From Lacunisphaera sp. (GTDB taxonomy: Bacteria > Verrucomicrobiota > Verrucomicrobiia > Opitutales > Opitutaceae): a stretch of 64,000 nucleotides of DNA. Below the pieces are notes generated by a model. The model was not told the origin of the DNA and did not search any database. It saw only the letters and a program-made list of their open reading frames with translations. The stretch covers positions 1,092-65,091 of the forward strand of contig DASZXO010000022.1 of the NCBI GenBank assembly GCA_035545835.1, given 5' to 3'. This document shows, one piece after another, positions 45,830-55,622 of the stretch. Position numbers and translations under genes: made by a program. The stretch's first letter is position 1, and each line of letters begins with the position of its first letter.

Positions 45830-47389
45830 ATGCGCCGGCGCGGCCTGAGAGCCCTGCGAGTCGCGGTGGCCGCCTTCGTCCTGGCCGGGCTGACCGCGGC
45901 ATTCCTCGATTTCCGCGGGCTGGTGCCGGCGTCGCTGGCCCATTGGCTCGCCGCGATCCAGTTCGTGCCCGCGGTCGTCGTGTTCGCGACGGGCGGGGCC
46001 GCCGTCGCGGCCGTGGCGATCCTCGTCATCACGCTGGCCCTTGGCCGCGTATACTGCGCGGTCGTCTGTCCGCTCGGGATTTTCCAGGATGTGATCGGCT
46101 GGCTCGCGCGCGGGCTGCGTCTCCGGCGCCGCCTGCTGCCGTTCGCCCGGGCGAACAACGGCCTCCGCTACGGCGTGCTGGTGGCCACGCTCGCGACGAT
46201 CGCCGTCGGCGGGGCCTCGATTGCCAGCTCCCACACCGATCCCTACAGCAACTTCGGCCGGGTCGTGTCTGGCCTGTTTCGTCCCATGGTCGTCGCCGCC
46301 AACAATGCCCTCGTCGCGCCGGCCACGGCCCTGGGCTTCACCGGGCTTTACCGCGTCAATCCTCCCTGGCCCGCCCCTGGCCTCCTCTGGCCGGCCTTGG
46401 TCGTGCTCGTGCTCGTCACGCTGCTCGCGGCCTGGCGCGACCGGATTTACTGCAACACCCTCTGTCCGGTCGGCGCGCTGCTTGGCGGGGTGGCCGCGCG
46501 CGGAGCCTTCCGGCTGACGCTCGACCGGGGTGCCTGCAGCAAGTGCGCCGATTGCCTGCGCGCGTGCAAGGCCCAGTGCATCGACCTGCGCACGGGCGCG
46601 ATCGACGCCTCGCGGTGCGTGGCCTGCTACAACTGCATCGCTGCGTGCGGGCAACATGGCATCGCCTATCGCTGGCGCTGGGGCCGGCCGGCGGCGGACC
46701 GTGCGCTCGGCGCGCTCCCGGACCCCGGCCGGCGCGCCTTCCTCGCGAACGCCTCCGTGGCGATCGCGGCGGCGGTGGGCGCCAACCGGCTGCTGGCGGT
46801 CGCGGTGCCGCGCGCGGCCGACAGCCAGGCGAGCCGGGCGATCTGCCCCCCGGGCGCCGGCGGCATCGACCGTTTCCTCGCGCGGTGCACGGCCTGCCAG
46901 CTTTGTGTCAGCGCCTGCCCGACGCACGTGCTGCAACCGGCGCTGGATGAATACGGCTTCCCGGGCTTCATGAAGCCGCGGCTCGATTACACGGCGGCCT
47001 TCTGCAATTTCGACTGCCAGCGCTGCGCCGAGGTCTGCCCGGCCGGCGCCATCGGGCCGCAATCGCTCGCCGCCAAGCAGGTGACGCGCATCGGCCTCGC
47101 CCAGCTCGACCTCGAGAAGTGCATCGTGAAGACCAAGGGCACCGACTGTGCCGCCTGCTCGGAGCATTGCCCGACCAAGGCGGTGGACACGGTTCCTTAC
47201 GGCCACGGGCTCCGGCTGCCGCAGGTGACGGACGATCTCTGCATCGGTTGCGGTGCGTGCGAGTACGCGTGCCCGGCGCTGCCCCGCAAGGCCATCAAGG
47301 TGGCGGGCCGGCGGCACCACGAGGTCGCCGTCCGGCGCGTGGAGGGGAAGGCGAAGGATCCGCGCAAGGGCGGCGGCTTTCCCTTCTGA
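45830..47389 (+). CDS. Membrane polyferredoxin (NapH/MauN-like membrane part plus several 4Fe-4S motifs)
   Basis: GRVYCAVVCPLG, RIYCNTLCPVG, CSKCADC, CVACYNC, CTACQLCVSACP, CNFDCQRCAEVCP, CAACSEHCP and CIGCGACEYACP. Confidence 0.9.
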   Translation: MRRRGLRALRVAVAAFVLAGLTAAFLDFRGLVPASLAHWLAAIQFVPAVVVFATGGAAVAAVAILVITLALGRVYCAVVCPLGIFQDVIGWLARGLRLRRRLLPFARANNGLRYGVLVATLATIAVGGASIASSHTDPYSNFGRVVSGLFRPMVVAANNALVAPATALGFTGLYRVNPPWPAPGLLWPALVVLVLVTLLAAWRDRIYCNTLCPVGALLGGVAARGAFRLTLDRGACSKCADCLRACKAQCIDLRTGAIDASRCVACYNCIAACGQHGIAYRWRWGRPAADRALGALPDPGRRAFLANASVAIAAAVGANRLLAVAVPRAADSQASRAICPPGAGGIDRFLARCTACQLCVSACPTHVLQPALDEYGFPGFMKPRLDYTAAFCNFDCQRCAEVCPAGAIGPQSLAAKQVTRIGLAQLDLEKCIVKTKGTDCAACSEHCPTKAVDTVPYGHGLRLPQVTDDLCIGCGACEYACPALPRKAIKVAGRRHHEVAVRRVEGKAKDPRKGGGFPF

Positions 47390-47530
47390 GTGATCGACCG
47401 CGTCGGGCGGCGCCTCCGCTCGCCGCGGCGGCGGCCTTTACACCCGCTGCCGCGCCGCGCCGACACAGTCGCGCCGCGGGTTGACCGGCCGACCAGGCGC
47501 CGGCAGGCTGCGGCACCCCATCCACCCGCC

Positions 47531-48883
47531 ATGAACAAGCTGCTCTCCGACGCCTCCGCCCGCGCCATCCGGTACCTGGAAAACCTCGACCACCGTGCCG
47601 TGGCGCCCTCGGCGGCGGCGATCGCCGCGCTCGGCGCCTTCGACGAGCCGCTGCCGGCCGGGCCCTCGGACCCGGCGCTCACGCTGCGGCTGCTGGACGA
47701 GGTCGGTTCGCCCGCGACCACCGCGATGGCCGGCCCGCGCTTCTTTGGCTTTGTGATCGGCGGCTCGCTGCCGGTCAGCCTCGCGGCCAACTGGCTCGCG
47801 GGCGCCTGGGACCAGAACACCGGCCTGTACAAGCCGACCCCGGGCGCGGCCCATCTCGAGGTCGTGGCCCTGCGCTGGTTGCTTGACCTGCTCGGGCTGC
47901 CGGCGGACTGCGCCGGTGCGTTCGTGACCGGTGCCACCGTGGCGAACCTCACGGCGCTCGCGGCGGCGCGCCACGCGGTGCTGGCGCGCGCCGGTTGGAA
48001 CGTCGAGGCCGACGGGCTCTTCGGCGCCCCGCCCATCACGGTCGTCGTCGGCGAGGAGGTGCACCCGACGGTGAAGAAATCCCTCGGCGTCATCGGCCTC
48101 GGCCGCAACCGCGTCATCAAGGTCCCCGTCGACGGCCAGGGCCGCCTGCGCGCCGACCGGCTGCCGGCGCTGCAGGGTCCCGCGATCGTGATCGTGCAGG
48201 CGGGCAACGTGAACACCGGCGCTTTCGACCCGATCGGCGAGGTCTGCCGGCAGGCGCATGCCGCGGGCGCCTGGGTGCACGTCGACGGCGCGTTCGGCCT
48301 GTGGGCGGCGACGGTGCCGGAGCTGGCGCCGCTCGTCGCCGGCATCGCCGAGGCGGATTCGTGGGCGACCGACGCCCACAAATGGCTCAATGTGCCTTAT
48401 GACTGCGGGCTCGCCTTCGTGCGCGACGCCCACGCGCTGCAGGCCGCCATGGCCATCACCACTGAATACTTGCCCACGCAGGTCGAGCAGCGCAACCCGT
48501 CGGACTTCACCCCGGAGTTGTCGCGGCGCGCGCGAGGCGTCGAGGTGTGGGCGGCCCTGCGGGCGCTCGGCCGCGCCGGCGTGGCCGAGATGATCGGGCG
48601 CAACTGCCGCCAGGCGCGCCGGTTTGCGGAGAAGCTGGCCGCGGCCGGTTGCGAGATCCTGAATGACGTCGTGCTCAACCAGGTGCTCGTGGCGTTCGGC
48701 GACGCCGAGCGCACGAAGCGCGTCATCGCGGCCATCCAGGCCGACGGCACCTGCTGGGCCGGCGTGACCGTCTGGCAGGGCCGCACCGCGATGCGCCTCA
48801 GCGTGTGCTCGTGGGCGACGACCGATGCGGACGTGGACCGGAGCGTCGCGGCGATCGTCCGCTGCGCGGCAGCCGCGACCTGA
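47531..48883 (+). CDS. Group II PLP-dependent decarboxylase (aromatic amino acid decarboxylase-like)
   Basis: PRFFGFVIGG, FVTGATVAN, HVDGAFG and DAHKWLNVPYDCG (PLP lysine). Start ATG 47531. Confidence 0.93.
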   Translation: MNKLLSDASARAIRYLENLDHRAVAPSAAAIAALGAFDEPLPAGPSDPALTLRLLDEVGSPATTAMAGPRFFGFVIGGSLPVSLAANWLAGAWDQNTGLYKPTPGAAHLEVVALRWLLDLLGLPADCAGAFVTGATVANLTALAAARHAVLARAGWNVEADGLFGAPPITVVVGEEVHPTVKKSLGVIGLGRNRVIKVPVDGQGRLRADRLPALQGPAIVIVQAGNVNTGAFDPIGEVCRQAHAAGAWVHVDGAFGLWAATVPELAPLVAGIAEADSWATDAHKWLNVPYDCGLAFVRDAHALQAAMAITTEYLPTQVEQRNPSDFTPELSRRARGVEVWAALRALGRAGVAEMIGRNCRQARRFAEKLAAAGCEILNDVVLNQVLVAFGDAERTKRVIAAIQADGTCWAGVTVWQGRTAMRLSVCSWATTDADVDRSVAAIVRCAAAAT

Positions 48884-49324
48884 ACGGCCACGCCATCATC
48901 GTGGCTCTGGCGGAGCGCAGGTGCGTCCACCTTATCCTGAGAACGGGAAGGTGGACCCGCTCACGCCGGCGGCGGAGGCATCGATCTGTTTCGCCGCGAC
49001 GGAACCGGCGGCCGCCGGTGCGCCGGGACCGAGATCGGAAGCGCCGGGCTGCTGCGGCCCGCCGGGTCCGTCGCGATGAGCAGGCTGAGCGCGGCGAGGA
49101 TGAGGACGGCGGCGATCATGGTCTCCTGAGTCAAGGGCGGCGGGCGGCAGGTTCCGCCCGGGCCATCAAAATTCCGCGAAATAACCGCCCGGCCGCCGGC
49201 ACCTGAATTGAGGCGGATTTGCGGCTCACCGCTTGCGGCGCGGGCGGCTAGCCTCGATACCAAGGGTCGAGCCGGCCGGGAGCCGGCCGTCGACCGAACC
49301 AGTTTCCGCCAACCCCACACCCAT

Positions 49325-50950
49325 ATGAAAACGCGATGGTCCGTTTGTTTCGCCCTGCTCGCCACCGTGGCCCTCCGGGCCGCGACCCCGGAGGAAGCCC
49401 GGATTGTGCAGCTGGCCGCGGAGGTCGACAACGCGCTCGCCGCCGGGAATGTGGCGATCCTGGAATCCCGCCTGAATGCGGATTACGTCTACGTGGAGCC
49501 GCAGCAATCCTATCAACCGCCGGGGCAGAAACCGGCCGGTCGGGCATCGCTCGGGCAAAGGATCGATGCGCGCCGGCTGCGCGACCATTGCCAGATGGAC
49601 GATCCGCCCGAGGTGCACGTGGTGGGGGACACCGCGATCATCACGGGCACCTACCGGGTCATCCCGCCGGACCATGAATCCACCGGGCGCCCGCGGATGC
49701 TGCTGCAGGGGCGGTTCACCGAGACGTGGGTCCGGACCGGCGCGGGCTGGCAACTGCTGGCCGAGCACCGCTCCCTGAACGACCGGCAGGCTTGGGCGGC
49801 CGTCGCCGGTGCGCCCGGCTGGTCGCCCTTCGCGGCGACCCCGGAGCCGGCGGCGGCCGCACCCGCGCCGACCCAGGACGAGGCCGCGAAAGACGAACCG
49901 GCCGCCGAGCGGGCGGCGCGGGCGCGGGACCATCGCGGGTTCCTGCCGGCCACCTTCGGGGATTTCTTCCACGCCTACGAGCCGACCTCGATCGGCTACA
50001 CCTGGGACCAGGGCGACGAAGGTTTCATGGACTTCACGTTCTCCGACATGCTGCCGTTGTCCCCCAACGCGCGGAACTTCCCGGATCCGGTGCGGGAGTT
50101 GACGGACCAGGGATTCCGGCGTCCGTTCAACCCTGCGAAACCCGCGCTGTATTTCGCCGCCAACGTGCGCGCCGGCCAGTACATCGGGACCCGGCCGTCG
50201 GCGCCGGTGGTCGGCAAACGCTTCAATCCGCTGTTCGCGCTGCGGTTCTGGTTCCGCGACGCCCACGACGCCCTCGAGTCCGACGAGAACTTTTTCGAGG
50301 TGGTCTACGCGCACGAGTCCAACGGCCAGTTCATCTCGAGCAAGGAACGCTTCGACCAGCAGCTTCAGACCTTCCTTGACCAGGTGCATGACGCGCACAC
50401 GCCGGCAGACGCCGACATCGCGAGCCACTCGGCCTATCACAGCGCCCGCGACAACATCAGCCGTGGCTGGGACTACGTCGGCCTGCAGTTTGCGCGCGAC
50501 TGGGACTCCGAGAGCCGGCTGCCCTGGCTGCGCGGGCGCAAGATCACCCAGGGGGTGCGGGCAAAGTTCAACTATTTCCTGCCCTACGGCCTGTTTCAGA
50601 AGGAGTGGGAGCAATACAACGCGTGGGAGGGCGATCCGCAGGGCAAGCCGCGCAGCCACGTGGACGGCCTCTCGCTGCGCTACACGGTGACGATCCTGCC
50701 GACCGCGAAGAAGTCCGAATGGAACTGGCTCATGAACTCCCAGCGCTTCCAGCGCCGTTACTCGCTGATCTGGACGACCGGTTACGCCGATCCTTTCCGC
50801 TTCAACACCTTCCGGCTCGAGGGCAGCGCGGTCCTGTTCGATCAGTTTCCGCTCACCCTCTGGTATCGCTACGGCTACAACAGCGACCTCGTCGACTACT
50901 ACCGCAAGGATCACAGCCTGGGTGTGTCCCTGTCCTATTGGAATTTCTGA
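49325..50950 (+). CDS. Secreted NTF2-like (DUF4440) domain fused to a divergent outer-membrane phospholipase A (OMPLA/PldA-like) barrel
   Basis: Signal peptide; VHVVGDTAIITG and FTETWVRTGAGWQL; then YEP, HESNG, SRGW and GYNSDLVDY; terminal Phe. Confidence 0.65.
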   Translation: MKTRWSVCFALLATVALRAATPEEARIVQLAAEVDNALAAGNVAILESRLNADYVYVEPQQSYQPPGQKPAGRASLGQRIDARRLRDHCQMDDPPEVHVVGDTAIITGTYRVIPPDHESTGRPRMLLQGRFTETWVRTGAGWQLLAEHRSLNDRQAWAAVAGAPGWSPFAATPEPAAAAPAPTQDEAAKDEPAAERAARARDHRGFLPATFGDFFHAYEPTSIGYTWDQGDEGFMDFTFSDMLPLSPNARNFPDPVRELTDQGFRRPFNPAKPALYFAANVRAGQYIGTRPSAPVVGKRFNPLFALRFWFRDAHDALESDENFFEVVYAHESNGQFISSKERFDQQLQTFLDQVHDAHTPADADIASHSAYHSARDNISRGWDYVGLQFARDWDSESRLPWLRGRKITQGVRAKFNYFLPYGLFQKEWEQYNAWEGDPQGKPRSHVDGLSLRYTVTILPTAKKSEWNWLMNSQRFQRRYSLIWTTGYADPFRFNTFRLEGSAVLFDQFPLTLWYRYGYNSDLVDYYRKDHSLGVSLSYWNF

Positions 50951-50977
50951 CGGGCGGCGGCGAGCCCGCCGCGCGGC

Positions 50978-51424
50978 TCAACCGAGCTTGAGCAGCATGT
51001 CGACCCGGTGCATGCCGGGGCCCCAGCCATCCGGCGTGCGGCTGATTTCCCGCGCGCCAAACCGCGCAAAGAAGGGCGCGGACTCGTGGCTTGCGGCGAT
51101 ACGCAGCGCACCGCTCTGGCGCGTTTCCGCCGAGCTGATCGCGCGGTTCATGATGGCCCGGCCGAGGCCCCGGCCCTGCATCTCGGGCACCAGCAGGATC
51201 CAGCGCAGGCACGGGCCGCGGTCCGTCCGGAGCACGCCGTACGCGCCGGCGATCCGGCCGTCGACCAGGCACACTTCATACCCTACCGGCAGGGCGTCGA
51301 GGAACGCTTCGTAGTCGCCGCGCTCGTTCGCCGCAAAATAGCGCGGGCAATTGGCGTCGAAGAGCGCCAGGCACGCGGCGCGGTCGCCGGGCTCCCAGGC
51401 CCGGAAGTGTGGTGTCAGGGTCAC
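50978..51424 (-). CDS. GNAT N-acetyltransferase
   Basis: WILLVPEMQGRGLGRAIM and PFFARFG. Confidence 0.85.
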   Translation of the reverse strand: MTLTPHFRAWEPGDRAACLALFDANCPRYFAANERGDYEAFLDALPVGYEVCLVDGRIAGAYGVLRTDRGPCLRWILLVPEMQGRGLGRAIMNRAISSAETRQSGALRIAASHESAPFFARFGAREISRTPDGWGPGMHRVDMLLKLG

Positions 51425-51454
51425 GCGACCACCGAAACCGACACGGACCGGTTT

Positions 51455-53095
51455 TCAATCACGATGGGGCGAAGTGCCGCCGGGTGACGGCGACGGCGAG
51501 GGCGGCGGACGCACGAGCTTCAGGATGTCCGAACCCCACGTTCCGGCCTGCTGGCGCGGCGCATTGGTGGAAAAATAGTAGGGGTGGATCCGGAAGACCC
51601 GCGCCACGCGGTATTCCGCGAGATGATCGGCGAGGAGATAAGCGAGGCCGCCGCGCGGCACCGGCTGCGGGCCGCGCGGCGTCGCCACCCAGCCCACCTC
51701 GAGATAGATCGCCGGCGGCGGCGCGCCGCCGAAGGCGTCGTGTTTCACCCGGGCCTCGAAGGCGGCGACTTCCGCCCGGGCTTGGAGCGTGAGCGGTCCC
51801 GGGTCCTGCATGTAACCGGGTTCGGCGAGCGCCACCGCGGTGATGCCGCTGCCCAGCAGGGTCACGTCGCCGCGCCCCTCCGCCAGCGGCGCCAGGATGA
51901 AGTCGAGCACGAGCGGGCCCGGCTGCCGGCGGATGTCGTCCGCGAGGGCCGTCCAGCCCGGATCCGGCGGCGGCGGGGCGGGGGCGAGAAAGAGGACGAG
52001 CGCGAGATTGGCGGCCAGGACCAGTTCCTTCCCGGGCAGCCGGACGGCGGTGGCGGCACCGGCCGCAGGTCGCCACGCCAGCCCGGCGAGCACGAGGAGC
52101 GGCGGCAGCAAGAGATGAAAATGATACGTGAGGTAGGCCCCGATCCGCCACCCGGGCGGACCGAGGAGCGCGCCGAAGCCGGCCGCCGCGGCCAGCGACC
52201 AGTAGCCGGTGGCGGCTTCCGCGGGTTGCGGGTGCACCAGGGTGCGGGGCAGGTGCGCGCAGAAATGGCGGACCTCGCGCGCGACGGGGATTGCGCCCAG
52301 CGCCACGCCCGCGAACGCCAGGAGCGCGAAATCGCGCCACTGTTGCAGGAACCACGCGCCATCGTTTTCCGGCTTGGCGAGGTGCGACAGGAAAGCCTCG
52401 AACAGGTAATAGGGATTGGCGCGGGCGAAGGCCGCGACCCCGCCGGCCAGGATGGCGCCGCCCAGGATCGCGGTCCAGAGGGCCGGTCGCCGCGGGCCGA
52501 ACCACAGTCCGTGCACGACCACGATCGCGCCGGCGAGCAAGGTGTAGGGTTTCGTCAGATACGCGGCGAGCGCCGCGCTGCCGAAGACCACGGCGAAAAC
52601 CGCCGGGTGAAACCGGGCGCGAACCGCCGGCTGGCCCAGGGCGAGGAGCGCGATGATCTCGCCGGCGACGAGGAAGTCCGGCCGCGCCTGGATCGAGTAG
52701 CTGCCGGCCTGGAGCGCATAGTACAAGGCGACGAGCCCGGCGGCGGCGCCCGCCGGGCAGCGATTCGCGCGCAGGACCAGCCCGAGCAACCCGCACGCGA
52801 CGGCCAGCGCCGCCAGGTTGGCGACGCGGTGGGCGGCATACGGGTCGCGCAGCACCCGGAGAAACGGCCGCACGAAGGCCGGGTAGCCCGGCCCGTAGGG
52901 ATCGAAGCCGTCCACGAAGTGGCCGGCCTGGTACTGGTGCGGCCAGGTGCGGGCGAGGGCGACATAGTTGGTTTCCCACATGCCCATCGGCTCGGCGAGG
53001 CCGACGGCGCGCGCCTCGACATAGAGATGATAGCCGGCGGCGACGATGGCGGCGATCCAGAGGCAGGCGAGGACGGCGGGACGCAACGGGGTCAT
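51455..53095 (-). CDS. Polytopic membrane protein, GT-C (ArnT/PMT-like) glycosyltransferase-like
   Basis: First-loop WETNY..., YGPGYP, ARPDF and TKPY; more than ten hydrophobic segments; soluble C-terminal tail. Start ATG 53095. Confidence 0.65.
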   Translation of the reverse strand: MTPLRPAVLACLWIAAIVAAGYHLYVEARAVGLAEPMGMWETNYVALARTWPHQYQAGHFVDGFDPYGPGYPAFVRPFLRVLRDPYAAHRVANLAALAVACGLLGLVLRANRCPAGAAAGLVALYYALQAGSYSIQARPDFLVAGEIIALLALGQPAVRARFHPAVFAVVFGSAALAAYLTKPYTLLAGAIVVVHGLWFGPRRPALWTAILGGAILAGGVAAFARANPYYLFEAFLSHLAKPENDGAWFLQQWRDFALLAFAGVALGAIPVAREVRHFCAHLPRTLVHPQPAEAATGYWSLAAAAGFGALLGPPGWRIGAYLTYHFHLLLPPLLVLAGLAWRPAAGAATAVRLPGKELVLAANLALVLFLAPAPPPPDPGWTALADDIRRQPGPLVLDFILAPLAEGRGDVTLLGSGITAVALAEPGYMQDPGPLTLQARAEVAAFEARVKHDAFGGAPPPAIYLEVGWVATPRGPQPVPRGGLAYLLADHLAEYRVARVFRIHPYYFSTNAPRQQAGTWGSDILKLVRPPPSPSPSPGGTSPHRD

Positions 53096-53235
53096 CGGGT
53101 CTGGAAACTCACGCGCCCGGGCAGCGTGCGCCGGCGGCGGAGGGGGCGCAACGCCCGAATGACCGCGCCGCCCGGGGAGCGAGGCCCGCGGCCGGACGCA
53201 AACGGAGGTTTGCAACCCGGCCGCGATTCCTTCTC

Positions 53236-54234
53236 GTGGTGGCCGTGCATGTCTCCACGCCAGACACGAACACCCCCGCCGTTGAGGTGCGCGGGGTGGT
53301 GAAACGGTACGACAAGGTCGAGGCCTTGCGCGGCGTGGAGTTCACGGTGCGCGCCGGCGAGAAGTTCGCGCTGCTCGGCCCGAACGGCGCCGGGAAGACG
53401 ACGCTGTTTTCCATCCTTGCGACCTTGCGCGCGCCGACGGAAGGCTCGGCGCGCGTGCTCGGGCTCGATGTAGTGGAGCGGCGCGACGCGGTGCGCCGGG
53501 CGATGGGCATCGTGTTCCAGGAGCCGGCGCTCGAGCTCCGGCTGAGCGGGCGCGAGAACCTGGTCCTGATGGGCCTGTTCTACGGCCTCGGGGCCGCGGC
53601 CTCCAGGCGGCGCGCGGCCGAGATCATCGCGCAGGTGAAGCTCGAGGACGCGGCCGACCGGCCGGCGCAGACGCTTTCCGGCGGGCAGCGCCGCAAGCTG
53701 GAGCTGGGCCGTGCGCTCGTCACGGACCCGCGGATCCTGTTCCTCGACGAGGCGACGCTCGGCCTCGACGTGGACGCGCGCCGGGGCTTCTGGACGCAGG
53801 TCACGGCGCTCGCCGCCGCGGGCCGGACCATCTTTTTCACGACGCACTACATGGAGGAGGCGGAGGTGGCGGATCGCATCGCGCTGATCGATCGCGGCCG
53901 GATCGTCGCCCTCGACACGCCGCGTGCGCTGAAGGCGCGGATCGGCGGCGGCGTCGTCCGGCTGAAGACCGAGGACGACGGCAAGGCGCGCACGTGGCTC
54001 GCCGAGCAGAAGCTCGAAGCCGCGGCCGGCGACGGCGAGATCATGCTGGTGCACGCCGACCCCGCGGCGGCGCTGCCGGAGATCCTGCGGCACCTGCCGG
54101 TGAAGGTGCAGCGGGCGGAGGTCCACGAACCCAGCCTCGAGGACGTGTTCCTGCAATTGACCGGCCGCGGTTTCGGCGGCGATGCGCCGGCCGTGAACGG
54201 GCGGCCCGGGCGCGGGCCGGGGGGTGCGCCATGA
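53236..54234 (+). CDS. ABC transporter ATP-binding protein (DrrA-like)
   Basis: GPNGAGKTT, LSGGQ, ILFLDE, TTHYMEEA and C-terminal PSLEDVFL. Confidence 0.95.
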   Translation: MVAVHVSTPDTNTPAVEVRGVVKRYDKVEALRGVEFTVRAGEKFALLGPNGAGKTTLFSILATLRAPTEGSARVLGLDVVERRDAVRRAMGIVFQEPALELRLSGRENLVLMGLFYGLGAAASRRRAAEIIAQVKLEDAADRPAQTLSGGQRRKLELGRALVTDPRILFLDEATLGLDVDARRGFWTQVTALAAAGRTIFFTTHYMEEAEVADRIALIDRGRIVALDTPRALKARIGGGVVRLKTEDDGKARTWLAEQKLEAAAGDGEIMLVHADPAAALPEILRHLPVKVQRAEVHEPSLEDVFLQLTGRGFGGDAPAVNGRPGRGPGGAP

Positions 54235-55016
54235 TGCTCAAGGGCATCTACGCGGTGGTGCTGATCGACCTGAAGCGGTTCTGGCTCGATCGCGCCCGGA
54301 TCGCGATGGGCTTGCTGCAGCCGTTGCTCTACCTCTTCGTGCTCGGCGCCGGCATCGGGTCGAGTTCACGGCTCGGCGGCGGGAGCTACCAGCAGTTCAT
54401 TTTCCCGGGCGTGATCGGGCTCTCGATGCTCTTCACGGCGACGTTCGCCGCGATCTCGATCGTCTTCGACCGGCAGATCGGCTTCTTCAAGGCGGTGCTT
54501 GTGTCGCCGGTTCCGCGGCCGGCCATCGCGCTCGGCAAGATCGCCGCCGGCTCCCTGCAGGCCGCGGTGCAGGGGGCGATCGTGCTGCCCTTCGCCCCGT
54601 TCGTCGGCGTGCCGCTCACGCCGCTCGAGGTGCTGCTGCTCCTCGCGGCCATGCTGCTCGCGAGCACGATGTTCGCGGCCATCGGCCTGGCCTTTGCGGC
54701 GCGGTTCACGTCCGTGACAGTGTTCCCGGTGGTGAGCAACGCGGTGCTCCTGCCGATGTTCTTCCTCTCGGGGGCGATGTATCCGCTGTCGCTGGCGCCG
54801 CGCTGGATGCAGGTCGCCGCGCATTTCGACCCGGTGGCCTACGCCGTCGACCTGATGCGCGGCGCGCTGCTCGGGCACTTCTTCTTTTCGCCCTGGCTGT
54901 CGATCGGGGCGTTGTCGCTGGTGATCGCCGGCCTGGCGTGGGAGGCGGTGCGCGTGCTCAACCGCGGCGAGGACGATTCCAGCCTCGGGGCCAACCGCGT
55001 CTGGGGCCGGCGCTGA
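54231..55016 (+). CDS. ABC-2 type transporter permease
   Basis: LQPLLYL, FIFPGVI, DRQIGFF, LPMFFLSGAMYP and DPVAYAVD; ATGA overlap with the ATPase gene. Confidence 0.93.
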   Translation: MMLKGIYAVVLIDLKRFWLDRARIAMGLLQPLLYLFVLGAGIGSSSRLGGGSYQQFIFPGVIGLSMLFTATFAAISIVFDRQIGFFKAVLVSPVPRPAIALGKIAAGSLQAAVQGAIVLPFAPFVGVPLTPLEVLLLLAAMLLASTMFAAIGLAFAARFTSVTVFPVVSNAVLLPMFFLSGAMYPLSLAPRWMQVAAHFDPVAYAVDLMRGALLGHFFFSPWLSIGALSLVIAGLAWEAVRVLNRGEDDSSLGANRVWGRR

Positions 55017-55022
55017 CGCCGG

Positions 55023-55424
55023 CTATTTCGCCGGCGGCTGGCGCTGCCCGGTGAAGTCGGCTTCACCGAAGTCGCCGATCTTCGCCTTGCCCTTCATCGT
55101 GTCGCCGCTGACGGTACCGGTGTAGGTCATCTCGACCTCGCCGTTCGGGCCGCTGGCCTTGAAGGTGAAGGTGATCGCGTCGCCCTTGACCGAGCCCATC
55201 ACCGGCGCCTCGCCGAAGAAACCCTTGTAGTGCCCGGTCAGCTTGTCGCCGTCCTGCGTAAACGTGAAGGTCGGCGTGCCCTTGCCCTGCGGTGTTTCGA
55301 TCTCGCAGTGCCAGGTGCCGGCGACCTTGACGGCGGCGGGCGCGGCAGGTTTGTCGTCGGCGCGGGCGGCGACGAGGGCGAGGAAGGCACAGGACGCCGT
55401 GAACAGGTGAAGCAGGTGTTTCAT
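55023..55424 (-). CDS. Small secreted beta-strand-rich protein
   Basis: Signal peptide; VAGTWHCEIETPQG, TFTQDGDKLTG and YTGTVSGDTMKG. Confidence 0.75.
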   Translation of the reverse strand: MKHLLHLFTASCAFLALVAARADDKPAAPAAVKVAGTWHCEIETPQGKGTPTFTFTQDGDKLTGHYKGFFGEAPVMGSVKGDAITFTFKASGPNGEVEMTYTGTVSGDTMKGKAKIGDFGEADFTGQRQPPAK

Positions 55425-55622
55425 GGGGTGCAGGGTGGAGGGACAGAAGCAGAAGCCAGGCAAGGCGTAAAGCCGGCGTGCCGCGGTTTTTCGGCGTCGC
55501 GGGGAGTCCCGGCTCACTTACCGGCCCGAGCGGGCGCTGGCGGCGGGACGGGAAACGGGCGGAGGCGGGATTCCTTGCCGCGCGCGGGGCGGGGGTGCAG
55601 GCTGTGACCACCTCCCGTCCCC

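Noticed and set aside
47390-47530. Possible additional attC fragment (GCCGACCAGGCGCC) upstream of the decarboxylase
   Set aside because: There is no matching R' or L boxes and no cassette-like context; the similarity is too short for GC-rich DNA.
48884-49324. Short ORFs (48805..49206, 48961..49431) in the gap before the OMPLA-like gene
   Set aside because: No recognisable motifs, and the ORFs overlap each other and neighbouring genes; coding status is unsupported.
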